NCBI GenBank assembly: GCA_963805535.1
Contig: CAWDUV010000005.1
Location: 67,414 to 131,413 of the forward strand
DNA length: 64,000 nt
Source: an uncultured Pseudomonadota bacterium
GTDB taxonomy: Bacteria > Pseudomonadota > Alphaproteobacteria > Rhizobiales > Xanthobacteraceae
Direction: 5' to 3'
Shown: piece by piece, positions 9,235-18,272 of the stretch
Position numbering within the stretch: the first letter of the stretch is position 1
How the letters are laid out: each line of letters starts with the position of its first letter
The notes under the pieces: generated by a model
Databases searched by the model: none
Told to the model about the DNA's origin: nothing
The model's input: the letters and a program-made list of their open reading frames with translations, nothing else
Made by a program: the position numbers and the translations under genes

Positions 9235-10107
9235 GAGCGGAACAGCCGTGTGTATTGCGTCTCGTGCCGGCTGCCGGCGAGGTCGGCGCGGAAGGCGGCG
9301 GCGCCGAGGTCGTCGAGCTTGATCGACGGCGCGCGGGCGGCGGTGTGCGCGACGATGTGCTTCGAGCGCGGCCAGCACGCGCTGGCCGTCCGTCTGGCCG
9401 AGCGGGATCAGCCGCACGCCGGCGGAGACCAGATTGGCGGCGACCGCCTGCAGCAAGGCCGCGAGCGAAGGTGCCAGCGCGATGCCGTGGCCGCTCGCCG
9501 CAACGGCGACCGCCACCGGATAGGCGACCGGGCCGTCCCAGACTGCTTTGAGCTTGTCGAGCGCTGCGCAAGGCCAGGCGGCGCGCGTCGCTTCGACGAA
9601 GGCATTGCCTTGCGCGGTCGTCTCCAGATGCCGCTCCTTGGAAGAGGCGAAGGCGGCGGCCAGCTCGGCGACGGCGCGCAGGGCTTTGTCGTCGCTGTCG
9701 GTGACGGCGCGGTGGGCATGCGCGAACAGCACGGCATCGCAGGCAGCCGAGCCTTCGCCCAGCATGACGGCGAGCCAGGCTTGCAAGCTGCCGGCGTCGT
9801 GCACGTCGCCCGCTTCCACCGCCCATTCGATGCCGCTCGAATAAGAGAAGGCGCCGACCGGATAGGCGGGCGACAGCCAGGCCATGAGGCGGTAGAGGGC
9901 CGCGCTTTCCCTCTCCCCGCTCGCGCGGAGAGGGTGGCAAGCATCGCGCGCCAGCGCGGTGCTAGTCAGGTGAGGGGGCGTATCGAAACGCTCAAGCACT
10001 GGCGAGGTCCCCTCACCCGCCCGCGCTACGCGCGGCCCACCTCTCCCCGCCTGCGGGGAGAGGTGGGCCGCGTCCGCGGCGCCATTCCCACCCTTCTTAC
10101 CCGCCAT
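9231..10107 (-). CDS. ureF: Urease accessory protein UreF, interrupted by a 1-nt frameshift near 9357-9363; the 5' region carries a REP element
   Basis: The N-terminal part (...[28 protein letters not shown]...[18 protein letters not shown]) is in the 8794..10107 frame. The canonical C-terminus ([42 protein letters not shown]) is in the next frame and ends at TGA 9233-9231. The start at ATG 10107 overlaps the ureE end and is uncertain. Confidence 0.75.
9909..10067. repeat. Composite REP element (three hairpins) lying inside the annotated 5' part of ureF
   Basis: The three stems are cctctcc...ggagagg, ggtgagggg...cccctcacc and ccacctctcccc-gcctgc-ggggagaggtgg. This is the 'ctctccccgc...gcggggagag' family common in Rhizobiales. 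Confidence 0.65.
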
Positions 10108-10558
10108 GCGCCTGCCCGTGCGCGTGATGATGCGGCGACGCCGGCTCCGGATCGAACGGCGCCTCGAGCGCGCTCAGATGCGCGCCGAGGCCGCGCAACA
10201 TGTCCTCCAGCACGTGATCGCGCCGGATACGCAATTTGCCGCCGGCGATCTCGACGTCGGTGTGGCGGTTGCCGAGGTGCCAGGCAAGCCGCAGCGTCGC
10301 GAGCGCGTCGCGGCCGGCGATCTCGATCAGCGGCTCGGGATGGCCGGCCACCCACACCAGCGCGCCGTCGTCGAGCGCGAATGCATCACCGTCGTGCAAC
10401 TGCAGCGGGCGCGGCAGATCGACCAGGAAACGCAAGCCGCGCTCTCCGGTAAGCACCACGCGGCGCAGATGGCGGTCGCCGGCGTCGAGCACCACGCGGT
10501 CGGCTGCGGCCGCGGCATCCCACTGCCCGGAGCGCTTTATTTCGGATGCCCGCCGCAT
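10097..10558 (-). CDS. ureE: Urease accessory metallochaperone UreE
   Basis: [14 protein letters not shown]...[14 protein letters not shown]...[10 protein letters not shown], with a His-rich tail [12 protein letters not shown]. Start at ATG 10558. Confidence 0.85.
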   Translation of the reverse strand: MRRASEIKRSGQWDAAAAADRVVLDAGDRHLRRVVLTGERGLRFLVDLPRPLQLHDGDAFALDDGALVWVAGHPEPLIEIAGRDALATLRLAWHLGNRHTDVEIAGGKLRIRRDHVLEDMLRGLGAHLSALEAPFDPEPASPHHHAHGQAHGG

Positions 10559-10685
10559 GATTCGTGACCCGTTCACCAAATTCTCGCAATGCGCAAGACT
10601 TGCCTTCGCCGCCTGCGTCATTATGCCATGAATGGCGCGTGTGAAGCACGTCCCGCCCCGCCGGGCCCCAAGGAGCCTCAAGCCC

Positions 10686-11114
10686 ATGCACCCGTTTCGC
10701 GCGGCCACATTTGCGCTCCTGCTCACCGGTCTTCCAGCGTTGGCGCAGGCCGCCGAGCCGACCGGCACCTGGCTGACGCAGAAGGGCGATGCCCAGATCC
10801 GCATCGCGCATTGCGGGCAGGCGCTGTGCGGCACGGTGACCTGGCTGAAGGACGCCGTCGACCCCGACACCGGCCGGCCGCCGGTCGACGCCCAAAATCC
10901 CGATCCACGCCGGCGCTCGCGGCAAATCCTCGGCTTGCGCATCTTCGCCATGCGGTCGAACGGGCAAGGCACCTGGGCGGGCGCGATCTACAATTCCGAC
11001 GATGGGCAGACTTACGCCGGCAAGCTGCTCTGGCACAGCGCCGACCGGCTGGAAGTGCAGGGCTGCGCCGGCGTGATATGCGGCGGCGAGACCTGGCGGC
11101 GGGTGAGACGCTGA
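10686..11114 (+). CDS. Secreted DUF2147-family protein
   Basis: An aaggag RBS lies 10 nt upstream of ATG 10686. The signal peptide is MHPFRAATFALLLTGLPALAQA. TGTWLTQKGDAQIRIAHCGQALCGTVTWL...GAIYNSDDGQTYAGKL matches the DUF2147 pattern. Confidence 0.7.
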   Translation: MHPFRAATFALLLTGLPALAQAAEPTGTWLTQKGDAQIRIAHCGQALCGTVTWLKDAVDPDTGRPPVDAQNPDPRRRSRQILGLRIFAMRSNGQGTWAGAIYNSDDGQTYAGKLLWHSADRLEVQGCAGVICGGETWRRVRR

Positions 11115-11133
11115 CCCTGCGCGGCCGCCTGAG

Positions 11134-11682
11134 CTAATGCCCTTCGAATGACACCAGCGTGCGCACCGGCACGTCGAGCTTGCGCAGCTTCGCGGCGCCG
11201 CCGAGGTCGGGCAGGTCGATGACGAAACAGGCGGCCAGCACATTGGCGCCGAGCTGGCGCAACAGCTTCACCGCGGCTTCCGCGGTGCCGCCGGTGGCGA
11301 TCAGGTCGTCGACCAGCACCACCCGCTCGCCGGCCACCAGCGCGTCGGCGTGCATTTCGATGACGTCCTCGCCGTATTCCAGCGCATAGGCGACGCTCAC
11401 CCGCTTGTGCGGGAGCTTGCCCTTCTTGCGGATCGGCACGAAGCCGGCCGAGACCTGGTGCGCCACCGCCCCGCCCAGGATGAAACCGCGCGCCTCGATG
11501 CCGGCGACCTTGTCGATCTTCATGCCGGCCCAGGGCTGCACCAATTCGTCGACCGCGCGGCGGAAGGCGCGCGCATTGCCCAGGAGCGTGGTGATGTCGC
11601 GGAAGACGATCCCCGGCTTGGGATAGTCCGGGATCGAGCGGATGGCGTCCTGCAGGTCGTTTTCGATGGCGGAAGCGGTCAT
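11134..11682 (-). CDS. apt: Adenine phosphoribosyltransferase
   Basis: [18 protein letters not shown]...[14 protein letters not shown]...[16 protein letters not shown] (PRPP-binding motif). Start chosen at MTASAIEND (ATG 11682). Confidence 0.9.
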   Translation of the reverse strand: MTASAIENDLQDAIRSIPDYPKPGIVFRDITTLLGNARAFRRAVDELVQPWAGMKIDKVAGIEARGFILGGAVAHQVSAGFVPIRKKGKLPHKRVSVAYALEYGEDVIEMHADALVAGERVVLVDDLIATGGTAEAAVKLLRQLGANVLAACFVIDLPDLGGAAKLRKLDVPVRTLVSFEGH

Positions 11683-11754
11683 CAGGCTCTCACTTGGGTT
11701 CCGGGGCGGGCCGGATGATTTCATAGCCACCTGAGGCCCGAATAGCCACCGCCG

Positions 11755-12594
11755 TCAGCCTGGCTTGGCGGCGGCAAAGCGCGCGCCGCCGAGCCCCCCG
11801 GCATTCACCAGATCGACGAAACGCACATAGCTCGCATAGAAGGCGTCGTGGCCGGCCGGCGCGCCGGCGGCTTGCGCCTCCAGGCGCAGCTTGCGGTACA
11901 TGGCCAGCCGCTCGCGCAGGATGGCGCCCCAGTCCGCGGTCAGATCCTCGACCGAGCGGAGCTCGAAGCCGGCGCGCTCGATCAGTTCGCCGTAGGCCCG
12001 CGGGCTGTAGAGCGTGGTCACCGCCATGCCCTGCCACAGCAAATCCTTGTCGGCCTCGGACAGGAGGCGGTGGGCAACCCAGTCGGTGAAGGCAAGCCGG
12101 CCGCCCGGCTTCAGGATGCGAAACGCCTCGGCCAACGCCCGCACTTTGTCCGGCACGTGCAGCAGCGCTTCCTGGCTGATCACGACGTCGATGCTGGCGT
12201 CGGCCAGCGGCACCGCCATGACATCACCCTCGATCACCCGCACTGTGTCCTGCAGGCCGACCAGGCGCGTCAGCTCGCGCGCGCCTTTGACGCGCGCCGG
12301 CGTCAATTCGATGCCGGTGACGTCGGCGCCGTAGCGCTGCGCGAAATAGCGCGCCGGACCGCCGAGCCCGGCGCAGAAATCGGCGACCTTGACGCCTTCC
12401 GCAAGACGAGCGCGCGCGGCCAGCGCGTCGTTCGCCGCCAGTCCGCCGTAGTGATCCTGATCGTGCGCGAACAGCTCCTCCGGCCGCACGTCGTCGAGAT
12501 GGCCGCGGCTCGCCTTCAGTTTTTCCAGGATGATTTCCAAGGAGATCGGATGGCGCGAATAAAAATCGACCGCCGAGTGGATTTCGTCAGCCAT
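11755..12594 (-). CDS. Class I SAM-dependent methyltransferase
   Basis: 279 aa with SAM-binding motif I VADFCAGLGGPARYFA and the post-I/II region IDVVISQEALLHVPD...LKPGGRLAF. Confidence 0.75.
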   Translation of the reverse strand: MADEIHSAVDFYSRHPISLEIILEKLKASRGHLDDVRPEELFAHDQDHYGGLAANDALAARARLAEGVKVADFCAGLGGPARYFAQRYGADVTGIELTPARVKGARELTRLVGLQDTVRVIEGDVMAVPLADASIDVVISQEALLHVPDKVRALAEAFRILKPGGRLAFTDWVAHRLLSEADKDLLWQGMAVTTLYSPRAYGELIERAGFELRSVEDLTADWGAILRERLAMYRKLRLEAQAAGAPAGHDAFYASYVRFVDLVNAGGLGGARFAAAKPG

Positions 12595-12607
12595 GCTGTC
12601 CCTCGGG

Positions 12608-13054
12608 CTAGGCCTTGATCACCTCGCCGGCCAACAGCGCCCACAAGACCACGGGCGGCTGGAACAGCAGGCGGAGCCAATAATACCAGCGCGCGTCCGG
12701 CATGCCTTGCACCGATTTGCCGGCGACGGCCACGTAGATATTGGCCGGAAAGACGCAGACGAAATAGACCGCGAGCAGCAGCCCGGCGAGCCAACGCAAC
12801 GGCGCTATCAACAGGCCAATGCCGCCGGCGATCTCGCACAACCCGGTAAACGCGACCAGAAAGCCGTGCCAGGGCAGCAGGGATGGCATCATCGGCAGGT
12901 AGCGCTGCGGGTTGCGCAGATGATCGATGCCGATCGGGATCAGCGCCAGCGCCATGCCCCAGCGCAGGCTGGCGGCGAGATCAAAGCCACCCATGACCGC
13001 CTGCACGCCGGCGGCGGCAAGCGCGATCGCGACCATCAGGCCGAAGAACAACAT
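12608..13054 (-). CDS. DoxX-like integral membrane protein
   Basis: 148 aa with 4 predicted TM helices. ...FLVAFTGLCEIAGGIGLLIAPLRWLAGLLLAVYFVCVFPANIY... is DoxX-like. Confidence 0.5.
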   Translation of the reverse strand: MLFFGLMVAIALAAAGVQAVMGGFDLAASLRWGMALALIPIGIDHLRNPQRYLPMMPSLLPWHGFLVAFTGLCEIAGGIGLLIAPLRWLAGLLLAVYFVCVFPANIYVAVAGKSVQGMPDARWYYWLRLLFQPPVVLWALLAGEVIKA

Positions 13055-13057
13055 CGC

Positions 13058-13932
13058 TCAGACCTTCAGCACCCTTCCCGCCACCGCGTCGAGCTTTGCG
13101 AGCAGCGCCGGATCGCGCGCCTCCGGCGCCGTGATCAGCGCGGTGTCGAGCGCACGGTCGGAGCCGATCGGGCACGGCTCGTGCTCGCGCGGGAAATCGC
13201 GCGCCAGCCGCGCCACCAGCCGCTTGGCGCGGTCGGCATTGTCCATGAGCACCTTGACGATGTCGGCCACGGTGACGGCGTCGTGGTCCGGGTGCCAGCA
13301 GTCGAAATCGGTCACCATGGCGGCGGTCGCATAGCAGATCTCGGCTTCGCGTGCGAGCTTGGCCTCCGGCATGTTGGTCATGCCGATCACCGAATAGCCG
13401 AGCTGCTTGTAGGTCATGCTCTCGGCGTAAGTGGAGAATTGCGGACCTTCCATGCACACGTAAGTGCCGCCGAACTTCGGCTCGATGCCTTCCAGCAAGC
13501 CGCCTCGCCGATGCGCGCGCGCAGGCGCGGGGAGACCGGATGCGCCATCGAGACATGCGCCACCATGCCCTTGCCGAAGAACGAGCTCTCGCGCTTGTGG
13601 GTGCGGTCGACGAACTGATCGACCAGCACGAAGGTGCCGGGCGGCAGTTCTTCCTTGAACGAGCCGCAGGCCGACAGCGAGACCAGGTCGGTGACGCCGA
13701 CGCGCTTCAAGACGTCGATATTGGCGCGGTAGTTGATGTCGGAGGGAGAGAGGCGATGGCCCGGCTCGTGGCGCGAGAGGAAGACGACCGGCAGGCCGTC
13801 GATCTCGCCGATGCGCAGCGGGTTCGACGGCTCGCCCCAGGGACTTTCCACGCGCTGCTCGCGCACGTTGGAAAGGCCCGGCAGGTCGTAGATGCCGGAC
13901 CCGCCGATGATGCCGAGCACCGATTTGGTCAT
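13058..13932 (-). CDS. mtnP: S-methyl-5'-thioadenosine phosphorylase (MTAP), interrupted by a 1-nt deletion-type frameshift near 13496-13500
   Basis: The N-terminal half (MTKSVLGIIGGSGIYDL...FLSRHEPGHRLSPSDINYRANI...GKGMVAHVSMAHPVSPRLRARIGEAA) is in the 13414..15054 frame. The C-terminal half (LLEGIEPKFGGTYVCMEGPQFSTYAESMTYK...GMTNMPEAKLAREAEICY...) is in the 13058..13939 frame. The total span of 875 nt is not a multiple of 3. Confidence 0.85.
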
Positions 13933-13952
13933 TGTCCACCTCCCGACGTATC

Positions 13953-13981
13953 CAAAAGCGAAGGGCCCCGAACGGGGCCCT
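13953..13981 (-). terminator. Rho-independent terminator after petC
   Basis: On the minus strand: agggcccc-gttc-ggggccct followed by tcgcttttgg. It lies between the petC stop (14010) and the mtnP start (13932). Confidence 0.6.
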
Positions 13982-14009
13982 CGCGTCAAGTGAATTTGCC
14001 GGTGCGGCT

Positions 14010-14844
14010 TCAGTGCACCGACGACCACACCTTCTTCTTGGTGAAGTACAAGAGGCCCGACAGGATGATCAGGAACACGATCACCTGGAAGCCGATGCGC
14101 TTGCGCGCGTCGAGAGACGGCTCGGCCGCCCACATCAGGAAGGCCGCGATGTCCTTGGAGTACTGGTCCATGGTCTCCGGCGAGCCGTCCTCGTATTTCA
14201 CTTGGCCCGCGGTCAGCGGCGGCGGCATGGCGATGTTGTGGCCGGGGAAATATTCGTTGTAGTGGCCGCCCGGCGGCAGGGTGAAGTCCTTGGGCGGCGG
14301 GTCCTTGTAGCCTTTCAGGATGCGCGGCGATGTAGTCCGGCCCCTGCTCCTGATATTGCGTGAAGGCATCGAAGATGAACCACGGGAAGCCGCGCTGGTA
14401 GGTGCGCGCCTTGGCCAGCGTCGACATGTCGGGGGGCGCGACGCCGTAGGTCGCCTTCGCCGCCAGATCGTTGGGGAACGGCGACGGGAAATGGTCGGCC
14501 GGCCGGCCCGGCCGCTCGATCGGCTGGCCTTTGTCGTCGAGGTCCTTGATCTTGTACTCGGAGGCGATCTGCGCCACCTGCGCCTCGCTGTAACCGAGGC
14601 CGCCCGGCTCGGCGAGATTGCGGAACGACAGCAGGTTCATCGAATGGCAGTTCGAGCAGACCTCGCGGTAGATCTTGAAGCCGCGCTGCAATTGCGCCTG
14701 GTCGTAGTGGCCGAACGGGCCGGCGAACGACCAGGTGAGCCGCGGCGGCGGCACCTGCTCGGCAAGCTGCGCGCAAGCAGGCGCAACGGAGGCAACGGCG
14801 AAGCCGGCGAGAGCGGCGGCGAAGATTGTGCGCTGAATGTTCAT
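14010..14844 (-). CDS. petC: Cytochrome c1 of the bc1 complex, interrupted by a 1-nt insertion-type frameshift near 14321-14327
   Basis: The signal peptide MNIQRTIFAAALAGFAVASVAPACA and haem motif CSNCHS are in the 13414..15054 frame up to ...QGPDYIAA. The continuation ILKGYKDPPPKDFTLPPGGHYNEYFPGHNIAMPPPL...C-terminal TM anchor IGFQVIVFLIILSGLLYF is in the 14010..14369 frame. Confidence 0.85.
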
Positions 14845-14858
14845 CGGCCTTCTCCCGC

Positions 14859-16085
14859 TCACGCCTTGGCGCCCAGCACCAATTCCGAAATCGAATTCGG
14901 CAGCGGCTTGGTCTTTTCGAAGATGCCGAGCAGCGGCAGGACGATCAGGAAGAACCCGAAATAGTAGGCGGTGAACAACCGCGAGATGATCACGTAAGCG
15001 CCCTCGGGCGGCTTGGAGCCAAGCCAGCCGAGCCCGATGCAGGCGACCACCCACAGCCAGAAGAACTGCTTGAACAGCGGCCGATAGCGCGCCGAGCGCA
15101 CCTTCGACGTATCCAGCCAGGGCAGGAAGGCGAGGATCGCGATCGAGGAAAACAGCGCGGTCACGCCCAACAGCTTATTCGGGATCGAGCGCAAGATCGC
15201 GTAGAACGGCAGGTAATACCATTCCGGCACGATCTCCGACGGCGTTACCGCCGGGTTGGCCGGGATATAGTTGTCGGCGTGGCCGAGATAGTTCGGGATA
15301 TAGAACACGAACCAGGCGAACAGGATCAGGAAGCAGGCCATGAAAAAGCCGTCCTTAACCGTCGCATAGGGTGTAAACGGCACCGTGTCCTTGTCCGACT
15401 TGGGCTCGATGCCGGTCGGGTTGTTCTGCCCCGCGACGTGCAGCGCCCACACATGCAGCACCACCACGCCGGCGATCACGAAGGGCAACAGGTAGTGCAG
15501 CGAGTAGAAGCGGTTAAGCGTCGGATTGCCGACCGCGTAGCCGCCCCACAGCCAGGTGACGATGGAGTCGCCCACGCCCGGTATGGCCGAGAACAAGTTG
15601 GTGATCACGGTCGCCGCCCAGAAGCTCATCTGCCCCCAGACCAGCACATAGCCCATGAAGCCGGTCGCCATCATCAACAGGTAGATGATGACGCCGAGGA
15701 TCCACAAAACTTCACGCGGCTCTTTATAGGACCCGTAATAGATGCCGCGGAACATGTGGACATAGGCGGCCAGGAAGAACATCGAAGCGCCGTTCGCGTG
15801 CAGATAACGCAACAGCCAGCCATAATTCACATCGCGCATGATGCCTTCGACCAAGTCGAAGGCCAGGTTGACGTTCGGGGTGTAATGCATCGCCAGCACG
15901 ATGCCGGTGAGAATCTGGATGCCGAGCATCATCGAAAGGATGCCGCCGAAGGTCCACCAGTAGTTCAGGTTGCGCGGCGTCGGATAGGCGACGAAGGAGT
16001 CATACATCAAGCCGCCGATCGGCAGCCGCTTTTCGAACCACTGCAGCGCTTTGTTCTTCGGCTGGTAGGTCGCGTGTCCGCTCAT
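14859..16085 (-). CDS. petB: Cytochrome b of the bc1 complex
   Basis: 408 aa: ...[32 protein letters not shown]...[11 protein letters not shown]...[16 protein letters not shown], canonical cytochrome b motifs. It has its own stop codon 15 nt before the petC ATG. Confidence 0.95.
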   Translation of the reverse strand: MSGHATYQPKNKALQWFEKRLPIGGLMYDSFVAYPTPRNLNYWWTFGGILSMMLGIQILTGIVLAMHYTPNVNLAFDLVEGIMRDVNYGWLLRYLHANGASMFFLAAYVHMFRGIYYGSYKEPREVLWILGVIIYLLMMATGFMGYVLVWGQMSFWAATVITNLFSAIPGVGDSIVTWLWGGYAVGNPTLNRFYSLHYLLPFVIAGVVVLHVWALHVAGQNNPTGIEPKSDKDTVPFTPYATVKDGFFMACFLILFAWFVFYIPNYLGHADNYIPANPAVTPSEIVPEWYYLPFYAILRSIPNKLLGVTALFSSIAILAFLPWLDTSKVRSARYRPLFKQFFWLWVVACIGLGWLGSKPPEGAYVIISRLFTAYYFGFFLIVLPLLGIFEKTKPLPNSISELVLGAKA

Positions 16086-16115
16086 GATCGAACCTTTAGA
16101 GACTGTCGTCGCGGA

Positions 16116-16646
16116 TCAGCCGATCCGGATCTTGCTGTCGGAGAGAAAAGCGTAAGGCGGCAGGTACAAATTCTTCGGCGCCGGACCTTTGCGGATGCGG
16201 CCCGCGGTGTCGTATTGCGAGCCGTGGCAGGGGCAGAACCAGCCGTGAAATTCGCCCTCATGGGCGAGCGGGATGCAGCCGAGATGGGTGCAGATGCCGA
16301 TCACCACCAGCCACTGCTCGTGGCCGGGCTTGGTTCGCTCGGCGTCGGTGGCCGGATCGGGCAACGCGGCGACGTCCACGTTCACGGCCGCCGCGATTTC
16401 CTGCTTGGTGCGATGGAAGATGAAGATCGGCTTGGAGCGCCAGAACACCTTGACGATCTGGCCGTCGGCGATCGGCTTCAAGTCGATCTCCACGGGTGCG
16501 CCGGCGGCGACCGTGGAAGCGTCCGGATTCATCTGGGTGATCAGCGGCACCAGCACGGCGGCCCCGCCGACGGCGGCGACGGCTCCGGTGGCAATGTAAA
16601 GAAAATCGCGGCGCGAGTGCTGCACCGCCGAAGAAACGGTCGTCAC
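16116..16646 (-). CDS. petA: Rieske [2Fe-2S] subunit of the bc1 complex
   Basis: GTG start at 16646 gives (M)TTVSSAVQHSRRDFLYIATGAV... (Tat-type RRDFL). The cluster-binding boxes CTHLGC and CPCHGS are present. Confidence 0.9.
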   Translation of the reverse strand: MTTVSSAVQHSRRDFLYIATGAVAAVGGAAVLVPLITQMNPDASTVAAGAPVEIDLKPIADGQIVKVFWRSKPIFIFHRTKQEIAAAVNVDVAALPDPATDAERTKPGHEQWLVVIGICTHLGCIPLAHEGEFHGWFCPCHGSQYDTAGRIRKGPAPKNLYLPPYAFLSDSKIRIG

Positions 16647-16904
16647 GTGTGTAGCCCTCTCCCCCGGCTGGCTTGTTCGACCCCCCGCGGCTGGAGCCCG
16701 AGAGGTCAAGACTTCAGGGGCGGCGGGCGGACCGGCTGCGGCAGTCCTTCCAAATGGCCGGAAAGCGCTTCGGTGGCGTTCTATTGGCACCCTTGTGGTA
16801 GGAGTGCAAGCCCGCTAACGCCGCAGCCACGGCACCCCCACATTAATTCTTGGCATCGGGTGGGGCCGGCCGGCGGCAGGCCCGGAATCCGCACCGGGAG
16901 CCCC

Positions 16905-17366
16905 ATGCGAATAGCCCTCTACGAGCCGGATATCCCGCAGAATACCGGAACTATATTGCGGCTGTGCGCCTGCCTCGGCATCGAGGCGCATATCATCGAG
17001 CCGGCCGGCTTTCCGGTGACCGACCGCGCTTTCCGCCGAGCGGGCATGGATTACCTCGACCACGTGGCGCTTTGCCGCCACGGCTCGTTCGCGGCGTTCG
17101 AGGACTGGCGCCGGCGCGAGCGCCTCGCGCTGGTGCTGATCACCACCCAGGCCGAACGGAATTATCTCGATTTTCGATTTGGTGAGCACCAGGTACTGCT
17201 GTTCGGCCGCGAGAGCGCCGGCGTCCCCCAGGCCGTCCATGACGCGGCCGATGCGCGGCTGCGCATCCCCATGCGGGCGGGCCTGCGCTCGCTCAACGTC
17301 GCCATGGCGGCTGCCCTGGTGGCGGGCGAGGCGCTGCGGCAGACGGGGGGCTTGCGAATTGGCTAA
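16905..17366 (+). CDS. trmL: tRNA (cytidine/uridine-2'-O-)-methyltransferase TrmL (SpoU family)
   Basis: A gggag RBS lies 5 nt upstream of ATG 16905. MRIALYEPDIPQNTGTILRLCACLG...LLFGRESAGVP...IPM...RSLNVAMAAA are SPOUT knot motifs. Confidence 0.85.
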   Translation: MRIALYEPDIPQNTGTILRLCACLGIEAHIIEPAGFPVTDRAFRRAGMDYLDHVALCRHGSFAAFEDWRRRERLALVLITTQAERNYLDFRFGEHQVLLFGRESAGVPQAVHDAADARLRIPMRAGLRSLNVAMAAALVAGEALRQTGGLRIG

Positions 17367-17378
17367 GGTCCGCCGGCG

Positions 17379-18269
17379 ATGACCGACAACATCCTCGAAA
17401 CCCGCAAATTGCGCGCGCGCGCCTGGTTCGAGGCCTTGCGCGACGACATCTGCGCGGGGCTGGAGCAGATCGAGGACACTCTGCCCGCCTGTGCGCCGCT
17501 GGCGGAGCGCGCGCCCGGCCGCTTCGTGCGCACGCCATGGGCCCGCACCGATCACACCGGGAAGCCGGGTGGCGGCGGCGTCATGGCGATGATGCGCGGC
17601 CGCGTGTTTGAGAAGGTCGGCGTGCACTGCTCGACCGTGTTCGGCGAGTTCGCGCCCGAATTCCGCAAGGAAATCCCCGGCGCCGCCGACAACCCGGGCT
17701 TCTGGGCCTCGGGCATTTCGCTCATTGCGCATCCGAACAATCCACACACACCGGCGGTGCACATGAACACGCGCTTCGTGGTCACCGGCAAAGCCTGGTT
17801 CGGCGGCGGCGCCGATTTGACGCCGGTGCTCGATGCGCGCCGCACGCAGGCCGATCCCGACACGATCGCCTTCCATGCGGCGATGCAGGCGGCTTGCGAC
17901 GCGCACCCGGCGGTCGCGCCCTACGCGAAATTCAAGCAATGGTGCGACGACTATTTCTTCCTCAAGCACCGCAACGAGCCGCGCGGCATCGGCGGCATTT
18001 TCTACGACTATCTGGAAAGCGACTGGGAGGCGACCTTCGCCTTCACGCAAAGCGTCGGCCGCGCTTTCTTGAGCGTCTATCCTGAGCTGGTGCGCGCCAA
18101 TTTCGAGAAGCCCTGGAGCGAGGGCGAGCGCGAGGAGCAATTGATCCGCCGCGGCCGCTATGTCGAGTTCAACCTGCTCTACGACCGTGGCACGATTTTC
18201 GGCTTGCGCACCGGCGGCAATGTGGAGTCGATCCTCTCCTCCATGCCGCCGCTGGTGAAATGGCCGTGA
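17379..18269 (+). CDS. hemF: Oxygen-dependent coproporphyrinogen III oxidase
   Basis: 296 aa: ...[23 protein letters not shown]...[20 protein letters not shown]...[10 protein letters not shown]...[11 protein letters not shown]...[15 protein letters not shown], canonical HemF motifs. Confidence 0.95.
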   Translation: MTDNILETRKLRARAWFEALRDDICAGLEQIEDTLPACAPLAERAPGRFVRTPWARTDHTGKPGGGGVMAMMRGRVFEKVGVHCSTVFGEFAPEFRKEIPGAADNPGFWASGISLIAHPNNPHTPAVHMNTRFVVTGKAWFGGGADLTPVLDARRTQADPDTIAFHAAMQAACDAHPAVAPYAKFKQWCDDYFFLKHRNEPRGIGGIFYDYLESDWEATFAFTQSVGRAFLSVYPELVRANFEKPWSEGEREEQLIRRGRYVEFNLLYDRGTIFGLRTGGNVESILSSMPPLVKWP

Positions 18270-18272
18270 GCC

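Noticed and set aside
8794-10107. A single 437-aa 'UreF-membrane protein fusion' ORF.
   Set aside because: It is an artefact of the ureF frameshift. The true UreF C-terminus (…[11 protein letters not shown]) is in the adjacent frame and stops at 9231-9233. The membrane protein has its own ATG at 9234 in an ATGA overlap.
13414-15054. 546-aa ORF that seems to fuse cytochrome c1 with MTAP.
   Set aside because: It is a chimeric read-through. The petC frameshift lets the frame run across the terminator hairpin and intergenic region into the mtnP N-terminal half, which then ends at the mtnP frameshift.
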